From Carcharhinus amblyrhynchos (lineage: Eukaryota): a DNA stretch of 64,000 nt. This document shows, piece by piece, positions 62,111-64,000 of the stretch. Position 1 is the stretch's first letter. Every line of letters begins with the position of its first letter. The stretch lies in NCBI GenBank assembly GCA_965287045.1, contig OZ336873.1, positions 17,484,001-17,548,000 on the forward strand. The letters run 5' to 3'. The position numbers and the translations under genes were made by a program. Below the pieces are notes generated by a model. It was not told the origin of the DNA and did no database searches. It saw only the letters and a program-made list of their open reading frames with translations.

Positions 62111-63844
62111 AGTATCCTATGTATACGTACATCATTATGCATTATTAAATTACAATTATTGTTCAATGATACGATATTCCCAACCTCTTCATGAGATAGC
62201 AGACAACCTTACAACAGAGGCAGGCTTGGGTGAGGGCATAAATCAAGGCTTTAACTTTTGAGAAGACTTTGAATCAATGCAGATGGCAATTAACTGGAAA
62301 ACAACACAAATGAAACATTGATTGAAAAGAAAATGGATAATTTAGCCCATGATGAGAAAAGAAAGGAGGTGATATATTTTTCCACTAAGCTATATGATTT
62401 CTTTAGTTTGCAGTATGAATGTTAATCCTCTTTTTCAAGTGCATCGTGTTTTGTTTAAGATTTGAGTCTGAAAGAAATTGGAATAAGTGAAGATGATTAA
62501 CCTGTTAAATAATAGAAATTTGACTTTCATTGCATTTCATTTTATTTGATTATGTTCAATTCTCCTTGTTGTAAATTGGGTGTAAGGTCTCAATTTTTGG
62601 GGACACAGATTGTCACGTAAGTAATTGTTAGTTATGAATTTCTGACAAATGCTATTTATTACAATGCTAGCCTAATTGATTTGAGGCAACTCTAAATTCC
62701 TTAAATATGTTGGTGAACCTCTGATGTGTCATCAGAAAATAAGAAACAACATGGGGGAAACTATTGCTGTGATAACAATCTGAAGACATTTGGTAGTAGG
62801 ATTGTACTGTACTGTTTGCTAGAATACTTAAGTTACTGGAAAATTGTGAAAAATTAACACAGTGAAATTAACAATGACGTCTGTGTTTATCTTCTTTAAA
62901 AATCAAAGTTATTCAACAAGAAATTGTGAGTTGGATTTTAGTGGGTGCCATAGGCTGAAGGGAGCAATGCCCTCGAGGTTCTGGGTGCTTGCGAAAGGTG
63001 AAGTGTGCCTTCAATGTGCCCAGACCTCCTCCACCAAGCCTGACACCAATTCACACAACAAAGCTGCTGGGTTTCTTGCATCTTGTGGGCCTTTATCCTG
63101 AGGGATGTGAAATACCTGGGGTTGCAGGGAGTTAAGCTCTTACACAGGCCAACTGAGACCTTCAAGTGGCCACTCATTGAGTGGACATCTTATTCTGAAT
63201 GCACTAAAGCTTTAAGCGGTCAGGGGCAGACCCGTAGGAAGCAGGAACCCCACTTGCTGGGTTTTACATGTCCCTGGCAGCGAGGGAGCATGCAATATTT
63301 GTGTGGTGCATGCGTGCGTGTGCATGTGTGAGAGAGAGAGAGACTAACTCCTCTTAGTTAATTTAGGAATAACCTCTCTATTTTATGAAATCACCTGAAG
63401 CGTAAGGACATTGTTTGAAACCATCTTGGGCTCCGTGGGGAGCAACATGGACGTACTATTTTCAGTTGAAATTAATGCAGTATCCTTGGCTCAAACATCT
63501 TTAGCTGCTTCATCCCTAACCTTCTCTTCTACCATAAGGTCAGAAGAAGTGAGGATATTCACTGATGATTGCATACTGTTCACCAATTATACCAACACAA
63601 AGCAATCACAGACTGATGAGCTTTTAAAATAGCATCCTGAGAATCTGAATCTGTAACAACCCTCCTTCAGTTTAATCATGTTGTTATGCGGAAGAAGACG
63701 TCATGGAACTTGAGTACAAACTTTCAACAGCTTCAGCTTTTGAACGCTTGCAGCAACAATAATTATCACATGGTTGAAATTGAGAACCCTGTATCAATTC
63801 CTCAGATAGTGTGTGTCCACATGCAGCAAGACCCAGACAACATT

Positions 63845-63998
63845 CCAGCAATCCAAAAAACATCCTGGTTAGGTGCATTGGCCATGCTAAATTCTCCCTC
63901 AGGGTATCCGAACATGCACCAGAATGTGACGACTAGGGGATTTTCATAGTAACTTCATTGCAGTGTTAATGTAAGCCTACGGTGATATCTAATTAATT
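63845..63998 (+). mobile_element. V-SINE 3' half, tail type b
   Basis: GGTTAGGTGCATTGGCCATGCTAAATTCTCCC..GATTTTCATAGTAACTTCATTGCAGTGTTAATGTAAGCCTAC. Confidence 0.88.
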
Positions 63999-64000
63999 AA

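Overview
Vertebrate nuclear DNA, AT-rich and dense in transposon relics. The repeat complement (tRNA-headed V-domain SINEs of HE1 type, CR1/HER1-like LINE 3' ends, Rex1/Babar LINEs, Deu-domain SINEs, Penelope-type termini, GGGC-ended MITEs, Ty3/Gypsy gag relics) points to a cartilaginous fish, probably a shark (inference from recalled repeat motifs, no database search run). I found no recognisable host protein-coding exon, rRNA, bona fide tRNA gene or CRISPR array; the ORF track is TE fragments or noise. The window looks like a large intron or gene desert. Items most worth follow-up: (1) minimal type I hammerhead-ribozyme motifs in several short Penelope-like inserts, one flanked by a 7-bp TSD; (2) a compact minus-strand promoter candidate at 42.5-42.6 kb (M-box, TATA, E-box, splice donor); (3) one SINE body carrying two alternative tails that match two different LINE clades; (4) a CR1 with twin-priming geometry next to a 107-bp duplication; (5) an LF-SINE-like relic; (6) very young CR1 copies, one splitting a Gypsy gag with a 6-bp TSD. 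Coordinates of old repeats are approximate (about +/-20 bp) and family names come from recalled motifs.
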